64,000 nucleotides of DNA from a virus, in IMG/VR virus record IMGVR_UViG_3300045988_081205. The stretch is one strand, 5' to 3'. The position numbers and the translations under genes were made by a program. Positions within the stretch are counted from its first letter, which is position 1, and every line of letters begins with the position of its first letter. The notes beneath the pieces are model-generated. The model was not told the DNA's origin. It ran no database searches and saw only the letters and a list, made by a program, of their open reading frames with translations. Below, piece by piece: positions 46,190-55,694 of the stretch.

Positions 46190-47860
46190 TTAGTCCCATA
46201 GACTAGTTCTTTTCTTGCCCTCAATTGGGGCCGCAAATGAAAATACGTCAGATTTTTCTTTCTTATTTACTTTCTTAGCCACAGAGAAACAACACGCTTT
46301 AACCTTATTGCTCCAAGCGTCAACTTCTTCAAACTTACATTCAAGGCCCTCTTGGCGAAGTTGCTTATATGCGTCATCCGCTAGATAATCTTTGCATTCT
46401 GTCATTACGGATTCTACACAAATAGCCTTTTCCTTGTCCTCTACATCTTTCTTAAACTGACGTAGCGTCTCAAGCTCAGAATTTTGACCCATAATGATAT
46501 TGTCTCTATCTTCAATATCTTTTTCAAGCTGTGCAATACGAGCTTTCATATCATCAGCAGACATTTCTTCCTCATGCCCATCATCGTCATGCCCGTCACA
46601 ATCAGCTAGACGATATTCAGCAACATTCTCAGGTTCTGCAAATTTCTTGATATTATCAGTCTCAGTAAATTCCTGCTTAACCTCAACAACCTCATCTGCA
46701 AGAGTAAGACCGTCCTCAGTCAGACTAAAATCGAGCCGATATAGGGTTTTTGCACGGTCGGTAATAATAGCAAATTTCTTGTTATCTTCCTCATAAATAC
46801 CATAAATACCATACGGCCAATCGCGCTTATCAATAGCGTCCCATAGCTTGCTCCAAAGGTCACCAATTTCAACTGCGCTAAATTCAATTTCAGCCATTTT
46901 CTTGTCCTCCTTTCTTTCAGAATCGTCATCAAGGTCTAACTTCTTATAGATAGCCTTAATTTTATTTACAACCTCAGTCTCATCATTCTGCTTTGCATAT
47001 GCTAGTGCAGCGCTCAGAGCGTTTCGGTTATACACAAATTTGTCACCGTCAAGCATCATAACTGGGTACTTGAGGTGTTCAGATGGCGCATCTTTCCAAC
47101 CATCTTCTACAAGTAGATATACAGATTTAACAAGCGTGTCACGATTCTTAGCCTCCATGATTTTATCTCTCATAGCTGCCTTGTCGTAATCACCCCAATC
47201 AGCCGTAGACATGGCTTCTTTGGACTTGTCAATCTTATACGTTTTCTTTTCAGCCATTGATTGTTTACGCTCCTCAACAAAATTCTTGAGTTGTGATAAA
47301 GAGTCAGACTTTTGCGCAAAGAACTTATCTGCATCATCCTCTGAAAATCTGACAAACTCTATATCAGATTCGGGACAACTCGGTTTTATGCTTTTCCCCA
47401 AAACTGTTACGCCCATAATGTTAAAACGTTGAACAATATTATCATCTTCGTCATCTGTAAAAATTTTCATTTCTACAGAAACAGCGCGATTCTTGTCTTG
47501 CTCAAACGCCTTGCAAAAATCTTTGGCATAAATTTTAGAGATAACAGTATCTACATATGCTCTAAGGTATCCATCATCATCATAGACAAATTCAACACTT
47601 TGGCTTCTTGGGATTCTGCCAACTATATGCTCATTCTTTGTATGAGTGGTGGGTTCTCCCATAAACATATCCGCAACGACCCATTTATTCAAAGCAGATG
47701 ACGCAGATTCGCGTAAGACATCTTCATCAATGATTAAATTGTGCGCGTTCGGTCTAGTTGATAAAAAGCCCATTTTGGCTATAGCAAATTCATCATCAGA
47801 ATAGCTATCAAAGTCAATTTTTTGGACATCATCAACAGCCAATGATACAATTTTTTCCAA
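46190..47860 (-). CDS. putative prohead protease-scaffold fusion protein
   Basis: 556 aa. The C-terminal half is highly charged coiled coil (scaffold-like). Located between the portal and capsid genes. TTG start after GAAAGGAGGAAG. Confidence 0.4.
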   Translation of the reverse strand: MEKIVSLAVDDVQKIDFDSYSDDEFAIAKMGFLSTRPNAHNLIIDEDVLRESASSALNKWVVADMFMGEPTTHTKNEHIVGRIPRSQSVEFVYDDDGYLRAYVDTVISKIYAKDFCKAFEQDKNRAVSVEMKIFTDDEDDNIVQRFNIMGVTVLGKSIKPSCPESDIEFVRFSEDDADKFFAQKSDSLSQLKNFVEERKQSMAEKKTYKIDKSKEAMSTADWGDYDKAAMRDKIMEAKNRDTLVKSVYLLVEDGWKDAPSEHLKYPVMMLDGDKFVYNRNALSAALAYAKQNDETEVVNKIKAIYKKLDLDDDSERKEDKKMAEIEFSAVEIGDLWSKLWDAIDKRDWPYGIYGIYEEDNKKFAIITDRAKTLYRLDFSLTEDGLTLADEVVEVKQEFTETDNIKKFAEPENVAEYRLADCDGHDDDGHEEEMSADDMKARIAQLEKDIEDRDNIIMGQNSELETLRQFKKDVEDKEKAICVESVMTECKDYLADDAYKQLRQEGLECKFEEVDAWSNKVKACCFSVAKKVNKKEKSDVFSFAAPIEGKKRTSLWD

Positions 47861-47951
47861 TTATCTTCCTCCTTTCTTCAAGGATATAACGAGACATTCG
47901 TCCCGTCTACTGTGGCCCAAAGAGCACTATGCCCAAGCCGCCCATTTATGG

Positions 47952-48371
47952 TTAATTGACATCTTGTGAATCAACACCAGTATAGTCAACAGACCACGTT
48001 TTCATTTCTTCAATAAGCCCCTTGGTATAATGATTCTTTTGCAGCTTATTGACGTAAATATCCTCAATCTGCAACATATGCATCTTTTCATAATATGGCA
48101 ATGTCTTGGTGTCCATGTATCTATAGAACATATTCTTAATTTCACCACGACACGCCTCGGTTGTATATACTACAGTTGCATCTAGTTTACTCTCAATCCT
48201 CTTGAGCGTCGCTTTGAGGGTATTTTGTTTTACTTTATCATCTTGTTCACTCTGATATTTTTTTAGGGCATTCGCAATATATAGTTTAATAGGCTTGCAA
48301 CATAGGGTAATAACCGCTGATAATGAAAGGATTGCTCCCAAAATTGCGGCGATATTCTTGACTGTTTCCAA
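47952..48371 (-). CDS. hypothetical membrane-anchored protein
   Basis: 139 aa with an N-terminal TM helix. TTG start after AAAGGAGGTG. Confidence 0.5.
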   Translation of the reverse strand: METVKNIAAILGAILSLSAVITLCCKPIKLYIANALKKYQSEQDDKVKQNTLKATLKRIESKLDATVVYTTEACRGEIKNMFYRYMDTKTLPYYEKMHMLQIEDIYVNKLQKNHYTKGLIEEMKTWSVDYTGVDSQDVN

Positions 48372-48396
48372 TCATAGACACCTCCTTTCTAGCGTA

Positions 48397-48573
48397 TTAT
48401 CCTTCTATTCCATTCTTATTTAACCATTTTAGCAATTTTGCATTTCGCTTATAATAGTGCGCGTCCTCATCTAAGTATTTAGCAGAAAATCCAGCCCTAT
48501 CTAATTCCCAAGCAAGTGTATCATCGGCAATAAAATAATCTTCTGGATTCTTTGGGATTCCAAGGATAATCAT
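48397..48573 (-). CDS. hypothetical small protein
   Basis: The ATG at 48573 overlaps the upstream TGA. 58 aa. Confidence 0.4.
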   Translation of the reverse strand: MIILGIPKNPEDYFIADDTLAWELDRAGFSAKYLDEDAHYYKRNAKLLKWLNKNGIEG

Positions 48574-49082
48574 TGATAATCCTCCAGCCCAACAATTCCC
48601 CAACTGTCAATATGACGGTCATATTCATCATATTCTGTTGACATTTGTTTGGCTTTATCATCCAATAGAATAATCTGCGCTACAACTTTATTCATATCCT
48701 GCATAAGCTCTTGTAACATAGCGTTGGCGTTAAAATCTTTTTCTTCTTTAGCAATATAATACGTCTGCTTAATAACTTGATATAGGTCAAGCGTTTCTCT
48801 AAGCATAGTATCCATCATTTGCTCAAGATTATCATATTCGCGCTTATCGCCGCGCGTCTCAGGGTAATATGTGGTAATATTCCACTGATGCTTAAAGTCG
48901 CTTACAGTATCAGCCATAAGCGGCCAGAGATGCGCTAATTTGTGATGTATAATATTTGCAGCATTCGGCATAGCAAATTTTACTTCCATCCACGAAACGC
49001 AACGGTCGAATGTGCGATTCAACTGGAAATACTGCCCAACTAGAATATCTAGGGCTTCACTTGTTCTTTCTGATAACATCAT
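48570..49082 (-). CDS. hypothetical helical protein
   Basis: 170-aa ORF. Helical-bundle-like composition. Confidence 0.5.
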   Translation of the reverse strand: MMLSERTSEALDILVGQYFQLNRTFDRCVSWMEVKFAMPNAANIIHHKLAHLWPLMADTVSDFKHQWNITTYYPETRGDKREYDNLEQMMDTMLRETLDLYQVIKQTYYIAKEEKDFNANAMLQELMQDMNKVVAQIILLDDKAKQMSTEYDEYDRHIDSWGIVGLEDYQ

Positions 49083-49093
49083 AATATTTCACC

Positions 49094-50671
49094 TTATTCT
49101 AATGAATCTCGGCTTGCTTCGCCACTTTCGGTAAGTGATGTTTCTGACTGACGGGGTCTACCACCCTCGTTATCTGAGCCGCCCTTGGTTGTATTGGTAT
49201 TTTTCAAGAGCTGTGTATATTTATCAATCCAACCGGTATATTTACTTTCAGCCATCATTGCTTCAAATACTTGTGGTTGATAGCCCGATACAGATGCCCA
49301 TGTCTGCATAGGTAGAACAATGCCAGAATCAGCCATTTTTTTCACTTTATCAAATCGAGCTTCACGCTCAAATGGGTAGTTAGACCCGTCGAAGATAAAT
49401 TTCCACTTGTATTTCTTTGTTAGCTGATTGACATAAAATTCTAGGAAATTGCTAAACTGTGGATATAGCGGCTTCATAGTCTGGTACATGTCATTAAGTC
49501 CAGCCTCAATCTCAGCGTTGGACTGTCTATCAGAGCTATAAATAACACGGCTCACACCAGAACCAACACCAGCAGATGTAGCAAGTTGAGTTGAATACAT
49601 ATCTGTATTCTTATCCTCAAACTGGTAGAACTTAATATTTTCAAGCGGCATTGCGGCAAGTTTTGACAATGAGCCAAGACCAGCCTTTGCCTTCTGCATA
49701 AATCCACCTAGCGTCTTTGGGTCAATAGCAAACTGATTCGCTTTAGTACCAGATTTAGCCGAATCAAATAGACGAATTTCACCAGCTAGAATAGCATAGG
49801 CTGACGCAATATCCTTGTTATACTGCAACTGAGCAATATCATCATTAGCAATGGCATTCTTCAGAAATGGAGCTAAAAATGGCGTATTATTAAATGTGCT
49901 AGGATTCCACTTAAATACCCATGCACCATCACTAGGTGATGTTTGCGTCCACATAGCATATGCTCCATTGCGTCTATTTAGTGGGTTTGTAGGGCGATAA
50001 TTTTTGAACGCTTCTTCCTCAGAGCCAAATACGCGCTGATAATATTTCTTAAATGCTGGGTCAAACCCATTGATGTCTACACCAGCTTGCAGGAAATAGC
50101 TCATGTCAAAATCAAACAACATGCCCTTTTCCCAATATCCAGTAAGTAGACATCTATCTTGTGGCAAAATCTGTAGGGCGAATTTCATTCCTTTGTTGCC
50201 CCACTTCGTCTTTCTGAACCAAGTGAAATATGTTTCATGCGTCACAATCTGTGCTATAACTTTACCAAATTCGGCCTTATAATCAAATTTGTTCAAAAAA
50301 TCATATACGCGCCGCTTATCCTCTTGGTATGCGCTTGATTCATAATCACTCTGAGTAAAAGCATTGATACAAACAGGCTGTAGATCAAATGATAGAGCGT
50401 TACAATATGCTTGTAGAGTTCTGGCAAATATCATGTCCCAGAATTTCATATATTCCATATAGCCCTGAATTTGCTCTGAATTTTCCTTATATTCAGCAAG
50501 AGCCTTGCGGATTTTATCAGAGCTTGGGGTTTCTGGATTGTTGTTCAAACTCTGCAATAGTTGATTACTCAACATTGGTGACCAAAAGCCAAACTGGTCA
50601 TAAGCATATAACGCCTGTGCAAACTCTGTTACAGCTTGAGCCTGTTCAAATGTTACTAGCGGTTCTGCCAA
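49094..50671 (-). CDS. portal protein
   Basis: 525 aa. First large ORF after the large terminase. Acidic C-terminus. TTG start after AAGGAGGG. Confidence 0.6.
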   Translation of the reverse strand: MAEPLVTFEQAQAVTEFAQALYAYDQFGFWSPMLSNQLLQSLNNNPETPSSDKIRKALAEYKENSEQIQGYMEYMKFWDMIFARTLQAYCNALSFDLQPVCINAFTQSDYESSAYQEDKRRVYDFLNKFDYKAEFGKVIAQIVTHETYFTWFRKTKWGNKGMKFALQILPQDRCLLTGYWEKGMLFDFDMSYFLQAGVDINGFDPAFKKYYQRVFGSEEEAFKNYRPTNPLNRRNGAYAMWTQTSPSDGAWVFKWNPSTFNNTPFLAPFLKNAIANDDIAQLQYNKDIASAYAILAGEIRLFDSAKSGTKANQFAIDPKTLGGFMQKAKAGLGSLSKLAAMPLENIKFYQFEDKNTDMYSTQLATSAGVGSGVSRVIYSSDRQSNAEIEAGLNDMYQTMKPLYPQFSNFLEFYVNQLTKKYKWKFIFDGSNYPFEREARFDKVKKMADSGIVLPMQTWASVSGYQPQVFEAMMAESKYTGWIDKYTQLLKNTNTTKGGSDNEGGRPRQSETSLTESGEASRDSLE

Positions 50672-50913
50672 ATTTCGCCCTCCTTTCTTTATTTTATTGT
50701 TTATATATTAGAGCAGTTAGATTATGGACTTCATTAACGTATGCCAAAGTTCATTGAGCTACTTGTCCTCCCTATCCGCTCGTTTTATATTTTTGAGTGT
50801 TTTTGTTTTCAGCTTTTTGATTAAACCTAAGTTGGAACTTGGATTCCACACAACCCTAATAGCACCTCCACGGCAACATACCAACATAGCAGCCGCTTCA
50901 TAGGTAAGTCATA

Positions 50914-52758
50914 TCACCAGACAAGTTGAATAGAATCTATATCAAACTCATCTTCTTGTAACTGTTGCTGCCATGCGTTCTCAATTAAATCAATAATGTA
51001 ATTACCATACATAATGGTTACAATTCTATCCTTTGTGCCTGTGCGCGGTTCTTCTAGTTTAATTTTATCCTGCTTAATAACCGTCTTTAGATTAACAGCC
51101 TCTATAACCATCATATCAGTTTGACCATATGGCTCAAGCTGATTAGCTAATTCTTCAGCGGTATATTGATAATATTCACCGCTATCCGTTAGTTCGTTCT
51201 GATAATCTTGCATAGAAATAAGGAATTTCATATTGTTGGTTTCAAGTTGTTTACGCAATGATAACCAACCGCTACTGTTTAATTCAGGTGTGCCAATAAT
51301 CGGTATCAAACATGGTACAGCATTTTTATCAACTGTGCGGTTATGATAATCGTCTATCTTAGCTTTAGATACAACCTGATATTTATCAGCCAATCCAAAT
51401 CCGCGCGAATCCCATCTTGCGCCCAAATCGGGTCGTGGTAATGGTTCTGTAAGGTGGTTTGCTATTACCTCACCACCACTACGCGAATCGAATAGACAAT
51501 AATCTGCATCATATACCCATTTAAGGTATCTAAATCTATCAGATGCACCGATTGTATCAGATGCGTCATGACCCTCTATATAATCAACATGACGCTCGAA
51601 TCTATTCTTTTTACTGTCCCAATGAGCCGACATAAGAGTAATAATTGTATTATCGTTCTTTGTACAACCAGTGGTGTTTGCAAATGCCAAGTCCATTGAC
51701 AGTATGCGTATCTCATCCTCTTTCTTTTCTGGGAAATCAGGTTGTTCGCCAGCAAAGAATTGTAATGCAGTAGGTGGACGGAAACAATGCTCAATAATTT
51801 GGTTCTCTTTGAATGACTTTAGATTAAAGAACGCATCATCGCCCTCTGAAATCATCTCGTTCAAATCTTCCATTCTGAAGTCCATTTCGCCGCCAGCCTT
51901 ATCATTCCAATAGTCAGCCCATGTCTTAAACCCATTATCAATAACCATAAATATATCACCAGCAAAAATATTACATCTTACTTTGGTGTCGGTAAATATA
52001 CGAGTAAATGTCTTTTTGAACAATAGCCAGAACCACTCAAACTTATATCTGGCAGATGTGATATAGATATGTTGACATTCCTCTTTCCAACGAGGATTAT
52101 TACCATATACAGGGTTACTAAGATATTTGGCTTGTCTTGGATGCGCCATCTTCTCAAAGACGGAATCGACCATACCTTTTTTGAGCAAACGGGCTTCTTC
52201 GTATGTAAGAATTGTTGCTCTTGGCCCACGAGAGCTATCTTGGCATGGTAATACACGCAAAGTAGAACCGTTAAGCTTATTCTCTATTCTATAACCATCT
52301 TCTGGTTTAGTGATAACCAAATATTCGTGCTCATACATATATAAGAGATATGGCGATAATTTTTTAATCAATTCATCCCTTATTTTATCTTCAACCATCT
52401 TGTTCGCCTGTGCAACAGTTGATGATGTAATTACCGCCTCTGTATATGGATAAAGATTCATCTTTACAATATTACCTAGACCAACGATAAAAGTTTTAGA
52501 TAAGCCACGACAACATATTGCGAAGAACACATCTGATATGCCCATCAGATATATCATTATCATCTGAAATGGGCGCAACTTGATACCAAGAACTAAATCA
52601 ACATATATATGCCAATTTCGGCGTAACTAAAATAAAGTCAGCCACTCTATAGCATTTTCCTCTTTCTGCGCATCTTTCATTGCATTTTCTTTTGCTTTTG
52701 TTGTAATTAGGTGGTTTCCAAGGAACTTGCGTCTCAAGCCCCCCATCTGACTTTTCAT
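50914..52758 (-). CDS. terL: terminase large subunit, interrupted by one in-frame TAG (52627-52629)
   Basis: The segment YVDLVLGIKLRPFQ...CCRGLSKT (Walker A-like) ...ILTYEEA (Walker B-like) ...SMDLAFANT (nuclease Asp) contains no start codon between the TAG and the TTG at 52578. An ATG at 52758 with SD GGTGGTGA lies 43 codons upstream in the same frame. Confidence 0.7.
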
Positions 52759-52774
52759 TCTATATCACCACCTA

Positions 52775-53602
52775 TCATCTCTTTTGGTCTGAGGGCAAAT
52801 CTGGATATTCGCGCGTCCCCCCAACCAAATTCTTACAACATCTCAAAATATCTTTCCATGTCAGCTCAAATCCACTAAAATCCTTATACTTATTCAAGTC
52901 TTCACATTCACACGGTTTTGTATTCTCAATATTCCATGCCATGCGTTCTATGAATTTTCCAGTATCACTCTGCTTGTTTTCCTTAAATTGGTCTAGTTTT
53001 AGCACCTTCATCAATTTAAGAATTTCATCGCCAGCATCCTTATCTGTTGGGTCTTTGAACTTGCGTAGATTAGCTTGGCACAGATTTCTATACGTCATCT
53101 CTTTAGCTGTGTCCATATCAAGAATTTCGTCAGTGTATCGTTCAAATATATCATCAAGCCACTGATATTCCCATTCTTCATAATCAGCGCCCCACTGACG
53201 ATTCCATCTTGCTTTAAGCGCCACCTCATCTGTTTCTCCTTTAGCTACATCGCCCAAATCCTTGAAATTAGACAGCTCCATATCACTATCCCAAACGCCA
53301 GTTAATTTATCAGGAGATGTAGATAGATATGTATGATACAACATAAATAGACTAGGCTTTTTTCCCTTAGCCGCCTTTTCTAGCGTATCAAGACAAGCAG
53401 TATATTCAGCACGTCTCATAGGAATACCAGTCTGCATACAGGTTGACCATAATGCCGCGCCTTGATCTTTAGTGGATTCAAGAGCTTGTTTATATAGCTC
53501 AGTTACACATGATTTGCATGGTTTAATATATTCACCCGTTTTGATTGGGCTTTTATAGAATTGGCTATCTTGCTTTTCTTTGCCACAATATGGGCAAAAC
53601 AT
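52775..53602 (-). CDS. putative terminase small subunit / packaging-associated Zn-ribbon protein
   Basis: 275 aa with N-terminal CPYCG...CKSC. The functional call rests only on its position immediately upstream of terL. Confidence 0.3.
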   Translation of the reverse strand: MFCPYCGKEKQDSQFYKSPIKTGEYIKPCKSCVTELYKQALESTKDQGAALWSTCMQTGIPMRRAEYTACLDTLEKAAKGKKPSLFMLYHTYLSTSPDKLTGVWDSDMELSNFKDLGDVAKGETDEVALKARWNRQWGADYEEWEYQWLDDIFERYTDEILDMDTAKEMTYRNLCQANLRKFKDPTDKDAGDEILKLMKVLKLDQFKENKQSDTGKFIERMAWNIENTKPCECEDLNKYKDFSGFELTWKDILRCCKNLVGGTREYPDLPSDQKR

Positions 53603-54509
53603 ATTCTCATTCCTTTCCGTTCCGTTTATTTTCCTATAAATATGACGAAGCAGCCAAGATTGCTCTCGGCTGCTTCGTATTTGTTAAGGTTCAATATTCA
53701 ATTAAACAACAGTTCCCATTGAGTTGGGCTTATTGTAGATATGAGCCGATTGGCTCTGACCACCATCCTTTCTTTAATTATGCTTCGGATAAACCAGTGG
53801 ATAATTCAAGAGAATAGTGACCTCCTTTCGGATATTCATAGCCGCCAATGAGTAGTAGCGACAGGCAGTTTCAGTATATACCTAGATACAAACATTTCGT
53901 TAAAGCTCCATTTATAAAGCGCCATCGAGCATCTAGCGCCACTCACTGTTATGTTTTATTATTTTACAAATGCGACATATTCTTGCCGTGTCGCCGGGCG
54001 TTATGGTGCAATGGGTCTTAGATGCCATCACATCTCGCCTTTGCATCGTTCTAATGGCAATACGGTTTTCATTGTTGTCATATGGTATACCGCAAACCTT
54101 CGATTAACGTCCACATATTGCCGAAAGACAACCCGGTTCTATGCTTCATACGCTCGTATAACACACCTGTTGCTATACGCCTATCGTCTAGGATAGGATT
54201 TTGCAAGAGCCGCCATTAACGACTCCAAGAACTCCTTGCACGCATGGTACATGAGATGAATTGTCATATCTCACCACAGTATATGACGCGCTCGTATTAG
54301 GATCTGCTGAATTGCAGATTCACGGCGAAGATATTCAACTCTGCTAGGTGGGTCAATCGCCCCGCAAGCATGATTAACACAGCCATAGCTATCACCTAGC
54401 AGAGAATGAATCAATTTAAGGGTGGTAGCGCCATTTGCAACTGACGCTACCGATAAAATAAATTCTGTCGGATGACAGCGAAAAGCGTTCAGGCTTTTCC
54501 TCTAGTGTA
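53603..54509 (-). ncRNA. ORF-free, hairpin-dense ~0.9 kb island (candidate large structured RNA; strand uncertain)
   Basis: Stops are frequent in all six frames. Visibly richer in G+C than the flanks. At least 10 local 5-12 bp stems, e.g. 54339-54350/54393-54404 (12 bp), 54424-54430/54445-54451 (7 bp) and 53645-53655/53668-53678 (11 bp). Confidence 0.35.
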
Positions 54510-55694
54510 TTATAGATAAAATGTTTTACGCCATTCTGCCCCATCTTCTGAATACGTAGTAAACATACAAGACGGTCTTGATGCTTTACAAATAGACTTT
54601 GCAAATCCATCAACACCACATACAGAGCCAACGCGCCAACACAATTTATCGCCTAACTCAGTAATGCCAGCATTCTTCATTTCTTGTCGATGTAAATGTC
54701 CAACGTAACACTCATCAATGTCAATATTATATAAATTTTCAAAATACCGCATTGTCTCAGCTATATCACCGCCATCTCCATGATGAAACATGATTGCATT
54801 GTTTTTAATGTATTTAATAGCACAATCCGTATAATCATCAACTGTAATGCCATCTACCGACTTTAGCCGCTCTTGTAGATACCATACAATGATTTTCCCT
54901 AGATTTTCTTCTTCAAACTGTGGCTTAGATGTCAATGGGCGGCACACATCATGGTTACCACCAACCATCACCACATTAACAGGAATTTCAAGCCTGTCAT
55001 GTAACTCAACAAACCAATCAGCTAGATATTCAGACAACTTGATGACCGTATCAATGACTGGCTCTCTCAGCTTAGTCAGACTAGATGTGCGTAAAATATT
55101 CTCTACACAATCACCAAGCACAGCAACCGTAATATCATCAAGCCAGATACAATTGTCATCATTACACATCTTGTTAAGCAACCCATCAAGCCGCGCCCTC
55201 ATAATGTCAAAATCGTACTTGTTTACAATTTCATTATATGCGCCCTTGATTTCATAAGTTGAACCAGCATGAAGGTCAGAAATGCAAAGAAGTCCACTTA
55301 CATTCGTTTGTGGTAACTTGTTGAATTCGCGAATAGTAAACGGCTCAAGGTTCTTAATTGACTCAGCAATCTTTTCTTGAATCAAATCTGCTCTTGCATC
55401 AAGTCTCTGATTTTGAACATACTGTATGTTCTCACTCTGTAATTTCTTACGTTCTTTTTCTAATTCCTGTTTAGCCTCTCTTAACTGTGATAGAATACTA
55501 GCATCTTTTTCATCTGATTCACAATCATCTGCGCCATTTAGCATATTGCGGACAAATACAGCACAACGTCGTAAATATTCCTCCGACCAAACACCCCTAT
55601 AATCTTCACCAAGACAACGAGCCGTCCATTCCTGCAAGTCAATTAACTTGCTATCTAGCAGCTCAGTCGCTTGTCGTATCTTCTGTAGATTCAT
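54510..55694 (-). CDS. calcineurin-like metallophosphoesterase with N-terminal coiled coil
   Basis: Motifs ISDLHAG (DxH), VLGDCV (GD), GGNHD, FHHGDGGD and VGHLH. Confidence 0.7.
   Translation of the reverse strand: MNLQKIRQATELLDSKLIDLQEWTARCLGEDYRGVWSEEYLRRCAVFVRNMLNGADDCESDEKDASILSQLREAKQELEKERKKLQSENIQYVQNQRLDARADLIQEKIAESIKNLEPFTIREFNKLPQTNVSGLLCISDLHAGSTYEIKGAYNEIVNKYDFDIMRARLDGLLNKMCNDDNCIWLDDITVAVLGDCVENILRTSSLTKLREPVIDTVIKLSEYLADWFVELHDRLEIPVNVVMVGGNHDVCRPLTSKPQFEEENLGKIIVWYLQERLKSVDGITVDDYTDCAIKYIKNNAIMFHHGDGGDIAETMRYFENLYNIDIDECYVGHLHRQEMKNAGITELGDKLCWRVGSVCGVDGFAKSICKASRPSCMFTTYSEDGAEWRKTFYL

Noticed and set aside
53603-54509. Island as a group II intron, RNase P RNA or tmRNA
   Set aside because: I found no GUGYG 5' end, no domain V-like 34-nt hairpin with an AGC triad, no flanking split gene, and no tRNA-like end or tag reading frame. 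A GAGGAAAAGCC stretch (54492-54504, - strand) and an ACAGAA resemble RNase P CR-I/CR-IV only superficially, and other conserved regions are missing.
53545-54631. Track ORFs inside the ORF-free island (53545-53817 +, 53951-54196 +, 54416-54631 -)
   Set aside because: They have no SD and odd composition (Cys/Arg/Tyr/His-rich) and overlap strong hairpins. 54416-54631 also overlaps the 3' end of the phosphoesterase gene in another frame. They are more likely chance ORFs in G+C-richer non-coding sequence.
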